Shown here: in pieces, positions 20,499 through 31,003 of the stretch
Layout of the letters: each line of letters opens with the position of its first letter
Numbering within the stretch: the stretch's first letter is position 1
From: Polyangia bacterium
GTDB taxonomy: Bacteria > Myxococcota_A > Polyangia > JAAYKL01
Assembly: GCA_050287845.1 (NCBI GenBank)
Contig: JBNKCR010000055.1
Location: forward strand, 64,001 to 128,000
Length of the DNA: 64,000 bases
Direction of reading: 5' to 3'
Translations under genes and position numbers: made by a program
Notes under the pieces: model-generated
Database searches by the model: none
Told to the model about the DNA's origin: nothing
What the model saw: the letters and a program-made list of their open reading frames with translations, nothing else

Positions 20499-21116
20499 AT
20501 GCATACGGTACAAACAGAAAAACATATTTCGCCGACAGAGATCATGAAAGATGCGGCACTCGTAGAGCGCGCCGTGTCAGGAGATCGTCGGGCCCGAGAA
20601 CGACTCGCGGAAGCCGCATTTAGTCGGGTACGCAAGCTGGTGTATTTGTCATACGGGAGCAGATACGATATTGACGATGTCACCCAAATCGCCATGGTTA
20701 CTGTTTTTCGGGATTTGCCCGGGTTGCGAAACTACGACCGTTTTACCGCATGGATGGATACAGTGGTGTACAATGTTGTTCGAACTCAGGGGCGAAAGCG
20801 GATTCGATTTACCAGCGTATTCGCTGACACGGACCCTTCCCCCGACAGCCGCCACTGGGAAGTTACTCCAGAAGACGAGCAAATCGGATACCAGTTAATA
20901 AATCGCCTGCAGCATCATCTGGAAAAAATCGCATCAAGAAAAAGAACAGCCGCAGTTATGTCCATATTCTTCGGATATGTAGATTCCGAAGTTGCTCACT
21001 TAATGGAATGCAGCGTCGAGACCGCCAAAAAACGAATACAGCATGGCCGGAAAGAACTTCTGGAACGAGTTCGCAAGGATTCGACATGCGGCGATCTCCT
21101 GAAGGAGGGTGTCTGA
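20499..21116 (+). CDS. ECF-type RNA polymerase sigma factor
   Basis: Region 2 (DDVTQ...FTAW) and region 4 (SEVAHLMECSVETAKKRIQHGR). Confidence 0.88.
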   Translation: MHTVQTEKHISPTEIMKDAALVERAVSGDRRARERLAEAAFSRVRKLVYLSYGSRYDIDDVTQIAMVTVFRDLPGLRNYDRFTAWMDTVVYNVVRTQGRKRIRFTSVFADTDPSPDSRHWEVTPEDEQIGYQLINRLQHHLEKIASRKRTAAVMSIFFGYVDSEVAHLMECSVETAKKRIQHGRKELLERVRKDSTCGDLLKEGV

Positions 21117-22612
21117 TGTCAAATACTCTATGCCGCTGGGTTTCACAGATGATTACAAAGCCCCCAACGGAATACTTATTGGAACATGAAAAATTGATTG
21201 TGGACGAACACATTGAAGAGTGTATTCACTGCTGGGAATTGCAGCAGATTGCCGCTCAGTCAGTATTGTGGAAATCGTTGAATCCGCCAGAGTTGTCGCC
21301 ATTTGTGGAAAAAACAATCATAACGGCAGCCCTCGAGGGGCGTATGCCGGAAAAAAACCGGGAACCGCTTTTCTCCGGATGGTTACGTCCGGCGCTGGTG
21401 ATTACCGCTGGTACGCTGGCTCTGGCTCTGGTATTTGTCTTTTTGCTGTTGCCGAACAACGGCAAACCCAGTGATAACGAAAAATCAGGGGGCAGTGCGG
21501 CTGTCGCTGTCAGGGACGTCTCATCGAAAACCTATAATCTGCTTCATTTCAAGAAGAACACGCCGGTGAAGCTGATGCGGAGCGACAAGGTATGGGGCAC
21601 CGACAACGCCATTGTAAATCTGGAGGTGCTGTCAGGCCCCCTGACCCGAATCGAATTGATTCAGGGAAAAATCGTCGCTGAAGTGACCAAACGCTCTCCG
21701 GGAGAGAAGTTTGAGGTGGTCGGTCCTGCAGGGGTCGTGGAAGTGGTGGGCACCATTTTTTCAGTTGAAGTGGAGGATATAGGAGTTCAACGGGTGCGCG
21801 TCCTTAGAGGCGTGGTGAACGTTCGCGAAACCGATTCAGGCAAAGTGCAACCGGTTAAAAAAGATCGCACATACACGGTTGGCACTGCCAGACCGGTGCC
21901 CGCTACCATCGCAGAGCTCGACAGCGACCGCGCGCTGATGGAAACAGGTGTCTCCAAAAGTGAAGCCCGGGTTTCCACCAGAGCCGCGACCCACCGTAAA
22001 AAAGATTCCCGTTCCGTTTCTTCGGTATCCCTGGCCAGCAAGGCTATTAATGAAAAGCGACTGATAGAAGCCAAACATCACATTGACGAGGCACGGCAGT
22101 CCTCACCGAAGGATCAGGATGTACCGGAGTTGTATGCCCGGCTGGCCCGGGCGTATCGTCAGCAGAAAAATTATGCGGCTGCTCAGAATATTTATCAGAA
22201 ACTGATGACCGAGTATGCCAGCAGCAACGCCGCAAGGAACGCTATTGTAGCCCTTGGACAGCTGGAACTGAATGCCCTTGACAACGCCCGCGGAGCACTG
22301 GTTCATTTTGATGTATATCTTTCCAGAATGCCCTCGGGTTATCTGGCGGAAGCCGCCTGGGTGGGCAAAGCAAGGTCCCTCGAAAGATTGGGCGAACGAA
22401 ATGCGCTGTTGGAAGCCGCCAATCAGTATCTGAACAAATACCACAATGGATCATTTATGGGAGAAATGCTGCTCTACCGAGGCCAGATCAACGCCGATTC
22501 CGGCAAGTGCGGTCTTGCGAAAAAAGATTACGAAGCTATCATTCAACGATGGCCCGATTCCAGAAAAGCCAAAGACGCCAAACAGGGACTCGTCACATGC
22601 GGCGCCCGTTAG
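21116..22612 (+). CDS. Anti-sigma factor: zinc-finger, TM, FecR-like and TPR domains
   Basis: HIEECIHC (HxxxCxxC); one TM helix; VEVVGTIFSV / VRVLRGVVNV (FecR); C-terminal TPRs. Confidence 0.82.
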   Translation: MSNTLCRWVSQMITKPPTEYLLEHEKLIVDEHIEECIHCWELQQIAAQSVLWKSLNPPELSPFVEKTIITAALEGRMPEKNREPLFSGWLRPALVITAGTLALALVFVFLLLPNNGKPSDNEKSGGSAAVAVRDVSSKTYNLLHFKKNTPVKLMRSDKVWGTDNAIVNLEVLSGPLTRIELIQGKIVAEVTKRSPGEKFEVVGPAGVVEVVGTIFSVEVEDIGVQRVRVLRGVVNVRETDSGKVQPVKKDRTYTVGTARPVPATIAELDSDRALMETGVSKSEARVSTRAATHRKKDSRSVSSVSLASKAINEKRLIEAKHHIDEARQSSPKDQDVPELYARLARAYRQQKNYAAAQNIYQKLMTEYASSNAARNAIVALGQLELNALDNARGALVHFDVYLSRMPSGYLAEAAWVGKARSLERLGERNALLEAANQYLNKYHNGSFMGEMLLYRGQINADSGKCGLAKKDYEAIIQRWPDSRKAKDAKQGLVTCGAR

Positions 22613-23283
22613 CCGTCATATTCAGACTGTTTTTCCTTTCAATTACCGCTCTGCTCGCATTCGGTTGCCAATGGGACGGCGACATCTATCTGGATGTGGA
22701 TGGCATCGATTCCGAGACAACGCCGGATGAAGCAATCCCCACAGATACAGCCACCGGGACGGGGAATGATATCCAAACCGAAGAACTGGACAGTGACACT
22801 GGCAGCACCGAAACAGATTCGGAAACAGATTTTGCTTGGTCCGACACCCTCATGGAATTGCAACCAGTTTATATGAATTATCGATTCTACGACCCCCCGG
22901 ATGATCGCATCTGTGTATTTCTGTTTCCGCAATCACAATTTCCAGATGACGGGAGATTCGTTCGGGCATTGAAAGTGGATTTCTCCAAGGCAGTATACCA
23001 CGAATGTTGGGACGCCATTTTTGATGAGTACTTTGAAGACCTTAATGGCAACTATTATTTCTATCTTCCTCTGGAAGAAGAAAAATTGAAATATGTTGAA
23101 GAAGAAGAAGGAGTTGCTGGGGTTGTTCTGTATCGATATGGCGATTTTTTTACCCCCCCGTCTCCGACCCCTGGAATTGACTACTGGGGATATACGTATT
23201 TCTTTCCCGAAATTTCTGCTGAATACGATCCCCGCTCGTTTTACGTGTATGAGGTGTCTTACCTCGCACCGCCGCCGGGATAG
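22597..23283 (+). CDS. Acidic lipoprotein, unknown function
   Basis: Lipobox LAFGC, Asp/Thr-rich linker; overlaps the end of the anti-sigma gene. Confidence 0.7.
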   Translation: MRRPLAVIFRLFFLSITALLAFGCQWDGDIYLDVDGIDSETTPDEAIPTDTATGTGNDIQTEELDSDTGSTETDSETDFAWSDTLMELQPVYMNYRFYDPPDDRICVFLFPQSQFPDDGRFVRALKVDFSKAVYHECWDAIFDEYFEDLNGNYYFYLPLEEEKLKYVEEEEGVAGVVLYRYGDFFTPPSPTPGIDYWGYTYFFPEISAEYDPRSFYVYEVSYLAPPPG

Positions 23284-23351
23284 TAGTGATGACAACGAAT
23301 TTTATGACCACTGACTGTTATTGTGACAACGACTCGGCGAAATAACGGGCG

Positions 23352-24707
23352 TCAGATACGTTCAGACTTCCATAAATACTTACGGACCCAATATACAGAT
23401 AAAAGCAGGGCTCCGGTGCCGCCGGCAATAAATGACAACCACACGGCGTGAATCCCCGCCCCAAAGACGAAAACGGCCACATAGGCCCCGAGCGCGCCAA
23501 TCATCACCACGCGAACCAGGGTAATAATCAGACTGGGCCAGCCGTACCCCAACCCCTGCAGAATGCGTCCGGTGGTCATCCCCACTGCCATCAGCGGATA
23601 GGCAAAAACTGCATAGCCCAGATACTGGCGTCCAATCCGCAATGCAGTGTCATCGTTGACAAACATGCTCACCACATCGTGGGAAAACAGATAAATTGTG
23701 CCCCCGATACCAATGGACACCGCTACGGCCCACCCATAGGCATACAGCGTAGTGGAACGCACAAGGTCCGGACGATCGGCGCCGGAAAACATGCCCACCA
23801 GCGTCATAGTGGCGGATGCAATGCCAAGGACTGGCAACGCCACCACCATGTCCACCCGGTTCCCGGCCACATACCCGGCCACTGCCATCTGGCCGAACGA
23901 CGAGAGAATCTTGTTCACAAACACCATCCCCACGGCCATCACCAGTTGTCCCACGGTGGCAGGCAAGCCAATGTTCACAATCGCCCAAATCAGCTTTTTG
24001 TCTGGGAACATATTGACGATTCTGTATCGGGATGAAATTCTCTTTCGGACAAAAACCACATAGCAGAGGGTCAACACCGCGAAGCTGTGAGCGCAGATGG
24101 TGGCCACAGATGCTCCCCGAATACCCATATCGAGGACAAACATGAACAGGGGATCGAGTATCAGGTTCAGCAATGTGGACATGCCCAGTATATACATGGG
24201 GGTACGGGCGTCTCCTTCACCGTTTATCACCGAGCGCAACGCCGTGGAGAAGAAAAAAAACGGCATCCCCAACCACAGCGGAAACATGTAGTCCCAGGCG
24301 AATTCAGCCGTTTTTCCGGATGCGCCCAACACGTGAATGAGCTGGGGACCAAACAGCAGCCCAACGCCTGTGAACACCAGCCCGGTGATCACCGAAAGCA
24401 CCAGACCGTTACTCGCCAGCAAATCCATGCGTCCCTGGTCGCGGGCGCCGTATGCTTTGGCCACACAGGCGGTAATCCCCGTGGAAAGTCCATTGGTAAA
24501 AGCGATGGCCGCGAAGAAGAGTCCACCAATATACCCGGACGCAGCCAGCGCTTCAGCTCCCAGCTTACCGACGAAAATCGAATCCACGATGGAGTAAAAC
24601 GCGTGAACGGTGAATCCCAGCATCATGGGAGCTGCGATGGTCCACAACGCTCTGCGCGGTTTGTCAAGAAAGCGGTCCAGCCGGTCTCCCGGATACTTGT
24701 TTTTCAT
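23352..24707 (-). CDS. MATE-family efflux transporter
   Basis: About 12 TM helices; IVDSIFVGKLG, GEGDARTP and NLILDPLF...GIRGASVAT. Confidence 0.92.
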   Translation of the reverse strand: MKNKYPGDRLDRFLDKPRRALWTIAAPMMLGFTVHAFYSIVDSIFVGKLGAEALAASGYIGGLFFAAIAFTNGLSTGITACVAKAYGARDQGRMDLLASNGLVLSVITGLVFTGVGLLFGPQLIHVLGASGKTAEFAWDYMFPLWLGMPFFFFSTALRSVINGEGDARTPMYILGMSTLLNLILDPLFMFVLDMGIRGASVATICAHSFAVLTLCYVVFVRKRISSRYRIVNMFPDKKLIWAIVNIGLPATVGQLVMAVGMVFVNKILSSFGQMAVAGYVAGNRVDMVVALPVLGIASATMTLVGMFSGADRPDLVRSTTLYAYGWAVAVSIGIGGTIYLFSHDVVSMFVNDDTALRIGRQYLGYAVFAYPLMAVGMTTGRILQGLGYGWPSLIITLVRVVMIGALGAYVAVFVFGAGIHAVWLSFIAGGTGALLLSVYWVRKYLWKSERI

Positions 24708-24736
24708 AAAGCGAGGTTCCTGCCTGTGGCTATGTG

Positions 24737-25705
24737 CTATCGCCGCTTTCGCCGCTTTCTTCTGGACACATCATCCAGGGCGTTGGCATCTGACGGAGAT
24801 GGTATATTCGGTTCTACTGATTGTGTTTTTACAAGATTGTGTTTTTTGGAAAGCGACTCGAAACGATTCCGCGCCAGCTCTGCAAAAATGCAGCGATCTT
24901 CCTTACCCTTCCGGATTGCTTTTCCATAGGACGCCAGTGCTTCAGGGATTTTACCCCGTTGTTCCCGCAAAAGTCCCCGCACCAAATGAATCCAAACGTT
25001 CACAAACGGCTGTGTGCTGTCCGCTTCCCCCGACAATTCGTCCGGTTTTCGCCGGTGCGCCAACTGTAATTCTATTTGTGTCAGCTGACACATCATCGCA
25101 GTGTCGCCGCCCGAATCCATTGTGGCGGCTTCTTCAAGGAGAGCGCCGGTCTCCGGCCCGGTTTTCCCCTGAGCCAGTTTCGCCCGGGCTACCATCACCA
25201 GTACTTCAGGCAGTCGCGTAACGCCGTGCTTCAGCATCTGCATGCCAACGGTCTCCGCTGCAGCCACATCGCCAGTAACCAGCAACGACTTCACATATGC
25301 GGCCTGCAACGCCGGCAACTCTGTCTTCGGAGCAAAAGGTATCGCATTGGACAAACATTCTATCGCCTCTTCAAACCGCCCAAGCTGCGTCAGCGCAAGG
25401 CCCAGCTTCGCATCCACGGGAGCGCTGGCGCCAAACAGGGAAAGCAGCACCTGTCGGGATGCATAAGAAGGTACCTCAGCGGCTTTTCCCGTGGCCAGCA
25501 TCATCAGTGCCTTTTTGTGAAACCGTTGCTCCAACCGGGCGATTACCCGCGGCAAAAAGAAAAACAGAAATATCATTGCGGCAACGGCGGGCACCACTAC
25601 CCACTTCTGTCCAAGGCGCCAGAATACAAATAGCAATCCAATGGTTACGACCTGCGCCACCCCCCCTGCCAGTGACATTTTTTTTCTGTACCTGTTGTCA
25701 GTCAT
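24737..25705 (-). CDS. Membrane-anchored TPR protein
   Basis: Two N-terminal TM helices, LGLALTQLGRFEEAIECL-type TPRs, basic tail. Confidence 0.7.
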   Translation of the reverse strand: MTDNRYRKKMSLAGGVAQVVTIGLLFVFWRLGQKWVVVPAVAAMIFLFFFLPRVIARLEQRFHKKALMMLATGKAAEVPSYASRQVLLSLFGASAPVDAKLGLALTQLGRFEEAIECLSNAIPFAPKTELPALQAAYVKSLLVTGDVAAAETVGMQMLKHGVTRLPEVLVMVARAKLAQGKTGPETGALLEEAATMDSGGDTAMMCQLTQIELQLAHRRKPDELSGEADSTQPFVNVWIHLVRGLLREQRGKIPEALASYGKAIRKGKEDRCIFAELARNRFESLSKKHNLVKTQSVEPNIPSPSDANALDDVSRRKRRKRR

Positions 25706-25728
25706 TGTCCACTTTCACCGAATCATGG

Positions 25729-26358
25729 TCATCCATAGAGGTGAGCATTGAGTCTGGCAAGCATCCGATCCAATTCCACTCCCGGCGTCAAAGAAGCATT
25801 GATGCAGCGAACCGCACAGATATTCAGGGCGCCCCCCTGCAATACCGCATCGACGTTGTCGTGATCAATCCCACCGAGGCACACCGCTGGAACGGTGGAC
25901 ACTGCCAGCATCTGCTGCATGCCGGAAATCCCCAGAACCGGATCGGGAATTTTTTTGGTGGGAGTGGCGTAAACCGGCCCAACGCCAATGTAATCGGGGT
26001 TCAACTCACAGGCTGCCCGCGTCTGAGCAGGATTGTGGGTCGATAACCCGATGATGGCCTCTGGGCCCAGCAACTGCCGGGCAGCTTCATACGCCATATC
26101 CCCCTGTCCCAGATGAACACCATCTGCGCCACATTTTTTTGTCACATGGACACTGTCGTTGATGATGAATTTTACGCTGGCGGGAATGATGGGGCGCAGC
26201 CTCAGTGCCACAGCCAGGACTTCATCTTCCGGAACATCCTTCATTCGCAATTGAATGATTCTGATTCCCTTTTCCACCATGATTTCAGTTAGTTTTTCGT
26301 ACCCAAGTACCGGATTAGTCAGAATACCATAGAAGCCAATTTGAAGTGTCTCTGTCAT
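25729..26358 (-). CDS. thiE: Thiamine-phosphate synthase
   Basis: IQLRMKD, FIIND, ADGVHLGQGD, IGLSTHN, DYIGVGPVYATPTK and LGGI. Confidence 0.93.
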   Translation of the reverse strand: MTETLQIGFYGILTNPVLGYEKLTEIMVEKGIRIIQLRMKDVPEDEVLAVALRLRPIIPASVKFIINDSVHVTKKCGADGVHLGQGDMAYEAARQLLGPEAIIGLSTHNPAQTRAACELNPDYIGVGPVYATPTKKIPDPVLGISGMQQMLAVSTVPAVCLGGIDHDNVDAVLQGGALNICAVRCINASLTPGVELDRMLARLNAHLYG

Positions 26359-26530
26359 ATTACAATTCCTCTGCGGCCCTTGTATCACGGTGCCAACGAA
26401 AACAGGAGGAAAAATTCCACACGCATGATTTCATGCCTATCCACTCAAACGACATCCGACAGCAGGTAAAGTTCCACAAGGAAAGGATGCGCGAATGCAA
26501 CACGAGAAAAAAACTGCCTGAAACAGAAAG

Positions 26531-27139
26531 CTATCCGGGAATGATTTGCGCCCGAATCAGGTACTCGATAACCGTTTCAACGCTACTTTCAATGGATTGC
26601 ACGCCTGTGTCCACTTCGACTTCCGGGGAGACCGGCGCTTCGTATGGCGCATCAATCCCCGTAAACCCGAAAATTTCACCTGCGCGGGCTTTTTTGTACA
26701 ATCCCTTGGGATCCCTGGATTCACATACGGATACGTCAGCATTGCAATACACTTCGACAAACGAATTGGGCTGCAGTTGCCTCGCGATATCACGTTCGGA
26801 GCGAAACGGGCTGATAAACGCTGTCAGATTCACCACTGCGCAGTCCGAAAACAGTCTGGCCACCTCACCGATTCGGCGAATATTTTCGATGCGATCCTCC
26901 GTAGAAAAACCCAGGTTTTTACTCAGTCCGTATCGAATGTTGTCGCCATCAAGGACATAAGTACTCACCTTCCGTTCGTGCAGCGTCAACGCCACCGCGT
27001 TGGCCAGCGTGGATTTTCCAGAACCGGACAATCCAGTAAACCATAGAGTGGCTCCCTTGTGGCCATGAAGCGACGCCTTCATCTCAGTAGTCACATTCTG
27101 CTGATGCCATTTGATGTTTGTTGCTTTGGGTTCTGTCAT
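26531..27139 (-). CDS. cysC: Adenylyl-sulfate kinase
   Basis: WFTGLSGSGKST, LDGDNIR, RDPKGLY and FTGIDAPYE. Confidence 0.96.
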   Translation of the reverse strand: MTEPKATNIKWHQQNVTTEMKASLHGHKGATLWFTGLSGSGKSTLANAVALTLHERKVSTYVLDGDNIRYGLSKNLGFSTEDRIENIRRIGEVARLFSDCAVVNLTAFISPFRSERDIARQLQPNSFVEVYCNADVSVCESRDPKGLYKKARAGEIFGFTGIDAPYEAPVSPEVEVDTGVQSIESSVETVIEYLIRAQIIPG

Positions 27140-27461
27140 TCATGGGTCCTTTACGGTAAAAAAGTATGCAACCTCGAAGCAATGCGATGACTCCTGTATA
27201 CCGATTTATCCGAATGGCTTCCAGGACATTCACATTTATTTTCGTTCTGATATTTTTGCCCTATCGGCTTCAATCCATTCTGGCAATGTCTGAAAATCAG
27301 TTGAAGCCTCTGAAATAAGACCCGATACACTAGGAATTGCGGAAAACAGGACTTGTATTACAGTCATCTCAAACATATAAGTCTAGCAAGCAGTGAATGC
27401 ATTCCCATTGATTACAAGTGTGCCATTATAAGTGGCACTCCCAGCCCTAAGGAATAGAGGT

Positions 27462-28787
27462 ATGAAACAGAAATTCACAATGAAAAAAATACTGGCAGGA
27501 ATGGCTGTCGCGTTGTTCAGCCTTCCGGCAAATGCCCAACTTCAACTGTCTGCAGAAGCAAATGCTGAAGCGGACACAAACAAAGGCGCCGCTGCAGGAG
27601 GGGACGCCGCGGAAGGGCCCGCTGAAGAAGCCGCACCACCCCCACCACCACCGATGCCTGTCGCCGAGCCGGTTGCAGCAAGCGACCCAACCGGAGTTGC
27701 CGGGTACGACGGCGGCTTTTTCATTCAGACAAATGATGGTAATTTTAAATTGAAAATAAACGGTATTGCCAAAGCGCGCTGGGATTTTATTGTAGATAAG
27801 TACGAAGACTACAACGATGCCGGGGAATTCGATCCCGGTCACATCACCCACTCCAGCTTCAGCCAACCGTACGCCCGAGTGGGACTCTCCGGCAATTTCA
27901 TGACTCCAAAGCTGGGCTACATGCTCATGTGGGACTTCTCTACCAATAGCCCAATATATGCGTACGCGACATGGACGTTTCAACCCAAAAAACTCGTACT
28001 TCACATGGGGCGATTCATACGTCCCTTCTCCAGACAATACCTGACTTCATCCGCCAAACAGATGTTCGTCGATGGCCCCGTGGGGCAGATGGGACAGGGC
28101 ATTGACATTGGTCTGCAGTTGAGCAACAACTTCACCTCTGTAACCGGATTGGAATGGGCGGTGGGCGTTTTCAACGGAAACGGATCCATCGTAGGCGTAG
28201 ACAACGGTGACTTCTCGCCGGTTTTCGTTGGCCGTATCGGATATAACAATGGCATCAAAGGCTACTCCGATACCGATTTCGAAGGCGGTCCACTTCGATT
28301 CGGTGTGGGGCTGAGTCTTTCCACCGAATTCGACCACGATGATGATGATGTCACCACCCATTACATGGGCCTTGATGGCGCCATAAAAGTGAACGGTCTT
28401 GCTCTTGCCGCTGGAATTTACCTCGAGGCCCTGTGTGGAGAAGGATTCTGGGATTCGGAATCAAACAATTCCGTCAATGACTACGGCGTGGAAGTCAGCG
28501 GTTTATCGGCATTCGGCACATATGTTCATGCTGGTTATCTCATTAACAACAAATTTGAACCGGTTGCGAGATACGGCCTGCTCAATGGCTACTACGAAGA
28601 CAATGACCTGCATCAGCGGCTGACAGCTGGTTTCGCCGTTCATATTTTCCCCAATCACCGGTTCAAATGGCAGAATGAACTCTCTATCGACATTCAGCAC
28701 GCTACTGACCCGGAGGATCCCGATCAGGAAGATTCTGTAGCTTACCAGGATCTGATTCTGACCTCGCAGGTACAGTTCTACTTCTGA
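27462..28787 (+). CDS. Outer-membrane porin, OprO/OprP-like
   Basis: Signal peptide (ANA), Pro/Ala linker, GYDGGFFIQT..GNFKLKING, C-terminal QFYF. Confidence 0.75.
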   Translation: MKQKFTMKKILAGMAVALFSLPANAQLQLSAEANAEADTNKGAAAGGDAAEGPAEEAAPPPPPPMPVAEPVAASDPTGVAGYDGGFFIQTNDGNFKLKINGIAKARWDFIVDKYEDYNDAGEFDPGHITHSSFSQPYARVGLSGNFMTPKLGYMLMWDFSTNSPIYAYATWTFQPKKLVLHMGRFIRPFSRQYLTSSAKQMFVDGPVGQMGQGIDIGLQLSNNFTSVTGLEWAVGVFNGNGSIVGVDNGDFSPVFVGRIGYNNGIKGYSDTDFEGGPLRFGVGLSLSTEFDHDDDDVTTHYMGLDGAIKVNGLALAAGIYLEALCGEGFWDSESNNSVNDYGVEVSGLSAFGTYVHAGYLINNKFEPVARYGLLNGYYEDNDLHQRLTAGFAVHIFPNHRFKWQNELSIDIQHATDPEDPDQEDSVAYQDLILTSQVQFYF

Positions 28788-28962
28788 TAAATTCACAACA
28801 GTCTCCGCTCCCCCGATTCACTTCGCGTCATTCATCGACGCGATTACGCCGTTCGCCGAACAGTCTGTAAGTATTGACCGAAACAGAGATGCATTTCCTG
28901 CCGGACAGCACTAAATGGGGGATATGGGCGACTGTGAGAAATATCAATTTCCAGTTTTTCAC

Positions 28963-28990
28963 TTGACAGCGACGGAGGCGTCACTATGGT
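28963..28990 (+). promoter_or_regulatory. Putative sigma70 promoter of the tetR-RND operon
   Basis: TTGACA (28963-28968), 16-nt spacer, TATGGT (28985-28990). Confidence 0.5.
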
Positions 28991-28994
28991 GTCA

Positions 28995-29019
28995 TTCTGA
29001 ATTGAATATGAATTCAGAA
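28995..29019. promoter_or_regulatory. Putative TetR operator
   Basis: Perfect inverted repeat TTCTGAATT-N7-AATTCAGAA immediately downstream of the putative -10 box. Confidence 0.65.
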
Positions 29020-29110
29020 CCTGAATCCGTATTCGGCGACAGAATAAAAAAAGCAATTGCATCAACGAAAATTGAAATAAAACGATATTAATTATCGTAT
29101 CCGGAGCAGA

Positions 29111-29731
29111 ATGATGACCAGGAAGGAAAAAGAGGTTGCCGAACGAAAAGCGCATATTCTTGAGACGGCAGAAAAGTTGTTTGCGTTAAAGGGGCTTCAG
29201 AACACATCAGTGGCGGATATCGCACAGGCGGCGGAATTTGGCATTGGGACGATTTACAAATATTTTCAGGACAAACACACATTGATTGCGTCCCTGCTGG
29301 AAGAACGCGTTGCAGAGCATTTTGACGCACTGGACGCTGCCATTTCGTCACATCTCTCGCCACCGGAAGCGGTTGAGCGACTGATTGAAGCCTTTCTGAC
29401 TTCCATCAAGCGCCGGAGCGATTTTTTCAAAATCTACTTTACGGTGTTTCACCCAGCCCTTGAAGCAACCTCCTTTTTTCCGGAACTGGAAAAATTGGAG
29501 GAAAGAAAACGGGAACTTTTTACCCGTGTGGACGACATATACAGGGAAGGAATTGATCAGGGATATTTTATTGATGTCGAAGACGAGGAATATCTCACCG
29601 CCACCACATGGGGGGTGCTGATGTCCTTCTACTTCCTGGCACAGAAACGTTCCAATGGCGCAATTCACGTGGAAAAAATGAAACGTATTATCAAGCAGCT
29701 CCTGTTCGAACAGGTAAGGCTGACGGCATAA
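29111..29731 (+). CDS. TetR/AcrR-family transcriptional regulator
   Basis: ILETAEKLF..KG...TSVADIA..AEFGIGTIYKYF helix-turn-helix. Confidence 0.93.
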   Translation: MMTRKEKEVAERKAHILETAEKLFALKGLQNTSVADIAQAAEFGIGTIYKYFQDKHTLIASLLEERVAEHFDALDAAISSHLSPPEAVERLIEAFLTSIKRRSDFFKIYFTVFHPALEATSFFPELEKLEERKRELFTRVDDIYREGIDQGYFIDVEDEEYLTATTWGVLMSFYFLAQKRSNGAIHVEKMKRIIKQLLFEQVRLTA

Positions 29732-29829
29732 ATGAGGACTTTATCAAATTTGGGGTACCCCAATCACCACTTTCCGGTGTTCCGGTAGGTAAGTTAACTG
29801 AAAAGTGACATATTCGTGGAGTTATCGAT

Positions 29830-30948
29830 ATGAAGAAATCAAGAAAACAGGCGTTCATCGGGCCACTCATTTTCACTCTGAATTTACTTCTCATCGCCGG
29901 ATGTTCCGGCTCAAAGGAAGGACGTGCGGATGTGTCTTCTCCCCCGGAAGATACAACCAAGCACAACATGAGCCAACCCCAGGAGGCCATCGCATCAGCG
30001 AAATCGGCGAAGATTGCCAACGTGCGTACTGAAGAAGTGAAAACCGGAAACCTGATCCAGAATGCATTGGCCCACGGGGTGACTATGGCGGACCATCACA
30101 TGGTGTACTCCTCAGAGATTCAGGGAAAAATCGAGTATCTGGGATTTGATTTGGGTGATGTGGTCAAAAAGGGTCGTCCGTTGGCTCGGATTGATTTTAA
30201 AACCCTGAAGGCACAGGCGGAACAGGCCAGAAGTACCGCTGATTTGGCCGATGCGACGTATAAACGTATTGCGAAACTGAAAAAAGACGGACTCATCAGC
30301 CAGCAGCAATTCGACGAAGCATATACCAGCAGCATTTCCGCCAAAGCGCAGCTGGCCATCGCGAACGCGGCACTGGCAAAAGCGGTGATAAAGGCCAGCC
30401 ATTACGGTGTGGTTTCGAAAAAATTTGTTGAAAAAGGGGAGTTCGTTGGCCCGGGCACGCAATTGTACGAGGTCATCGACTATCGGAAAGTGATTGTTGA
30501 AGCGCAGTTGGCTGAATCCCAGGTGGCATCGGTTTCTCCCGGTTCGAGAGTGAATGTACACATTGATGCCCTTGGCGAAAGTTTTGAAGGCACCGTGGAT
30601 AAAATTCTGCCAACGGCGGATGATATGAGTAAAACGTTCACCGCACGGGTGGAGATTCCAAATCCGGACCTCCGGATTCTGGTGGGGATGAGCGCGCGTC
30701 TGAACATTGATGCCAGGAATTATAATGATGTCGTGATTGCGCCACAGAATGCAATCATTGAAGAACAGACAGGCGCTCGCAGCGCTTTCGTTGCCAACGG
30801 CAATCGGGCGGAACGCCGGGAGGTCCTGCTGGGCGCACATCAGGGCGGCAATGTAATCATTACAGATGGTCTGAAACCCGGAGACCAGCTCATCGTGGTT
30901 GGCCAACGCGATCTTGTGGATGGACAACCAATCAGTATCATCAGATAA
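29830..30948 (+). CDS. RND efflux periplasmic adaptor (MFP) lipoprotein
   Basis: Lipobox IAGC, GDVVKKG, GEFVGPG and GLKPGDQLIVVG. Confidence 0.92.
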   Translation: MKKSRKQAFIGPLIFTLNLLLIAGCSGSKEGRADVSSPPEDTTKHNMSQPQEAIASAKSAKIANVRTEEVKTGNLIQNALAHGVTMADHHMVYSSEIQGKIEYLGFDLGDVVKKGRPLARIDFKTLKAQAEQARSTADLADATYKRIAKLKKDGLISQQQFDEAYTSSISAKAQLAIANAALAKAVIKASHYGVVSKKFVEKGEFVGPGTQLYEVIDYRKVIVEAQLAESQVASVSPGSRVNVHIDALGESFEGTVDKILPTADDMSKTFTARVEIPNPDLRILVGMSARLNIDARNYNDVVIAPQNAIIEEQTGARSAFVANGNRAERREVLLGAHQGGNVIITDGLKPGDQLIVVGQRDLVDGQPISIIR

Positions 30949-31003
30949 CCGGGTACAATCGACAAAGCCAATCAATTCAATAACAGCGTAGTGGAGCATC
31001 GAT

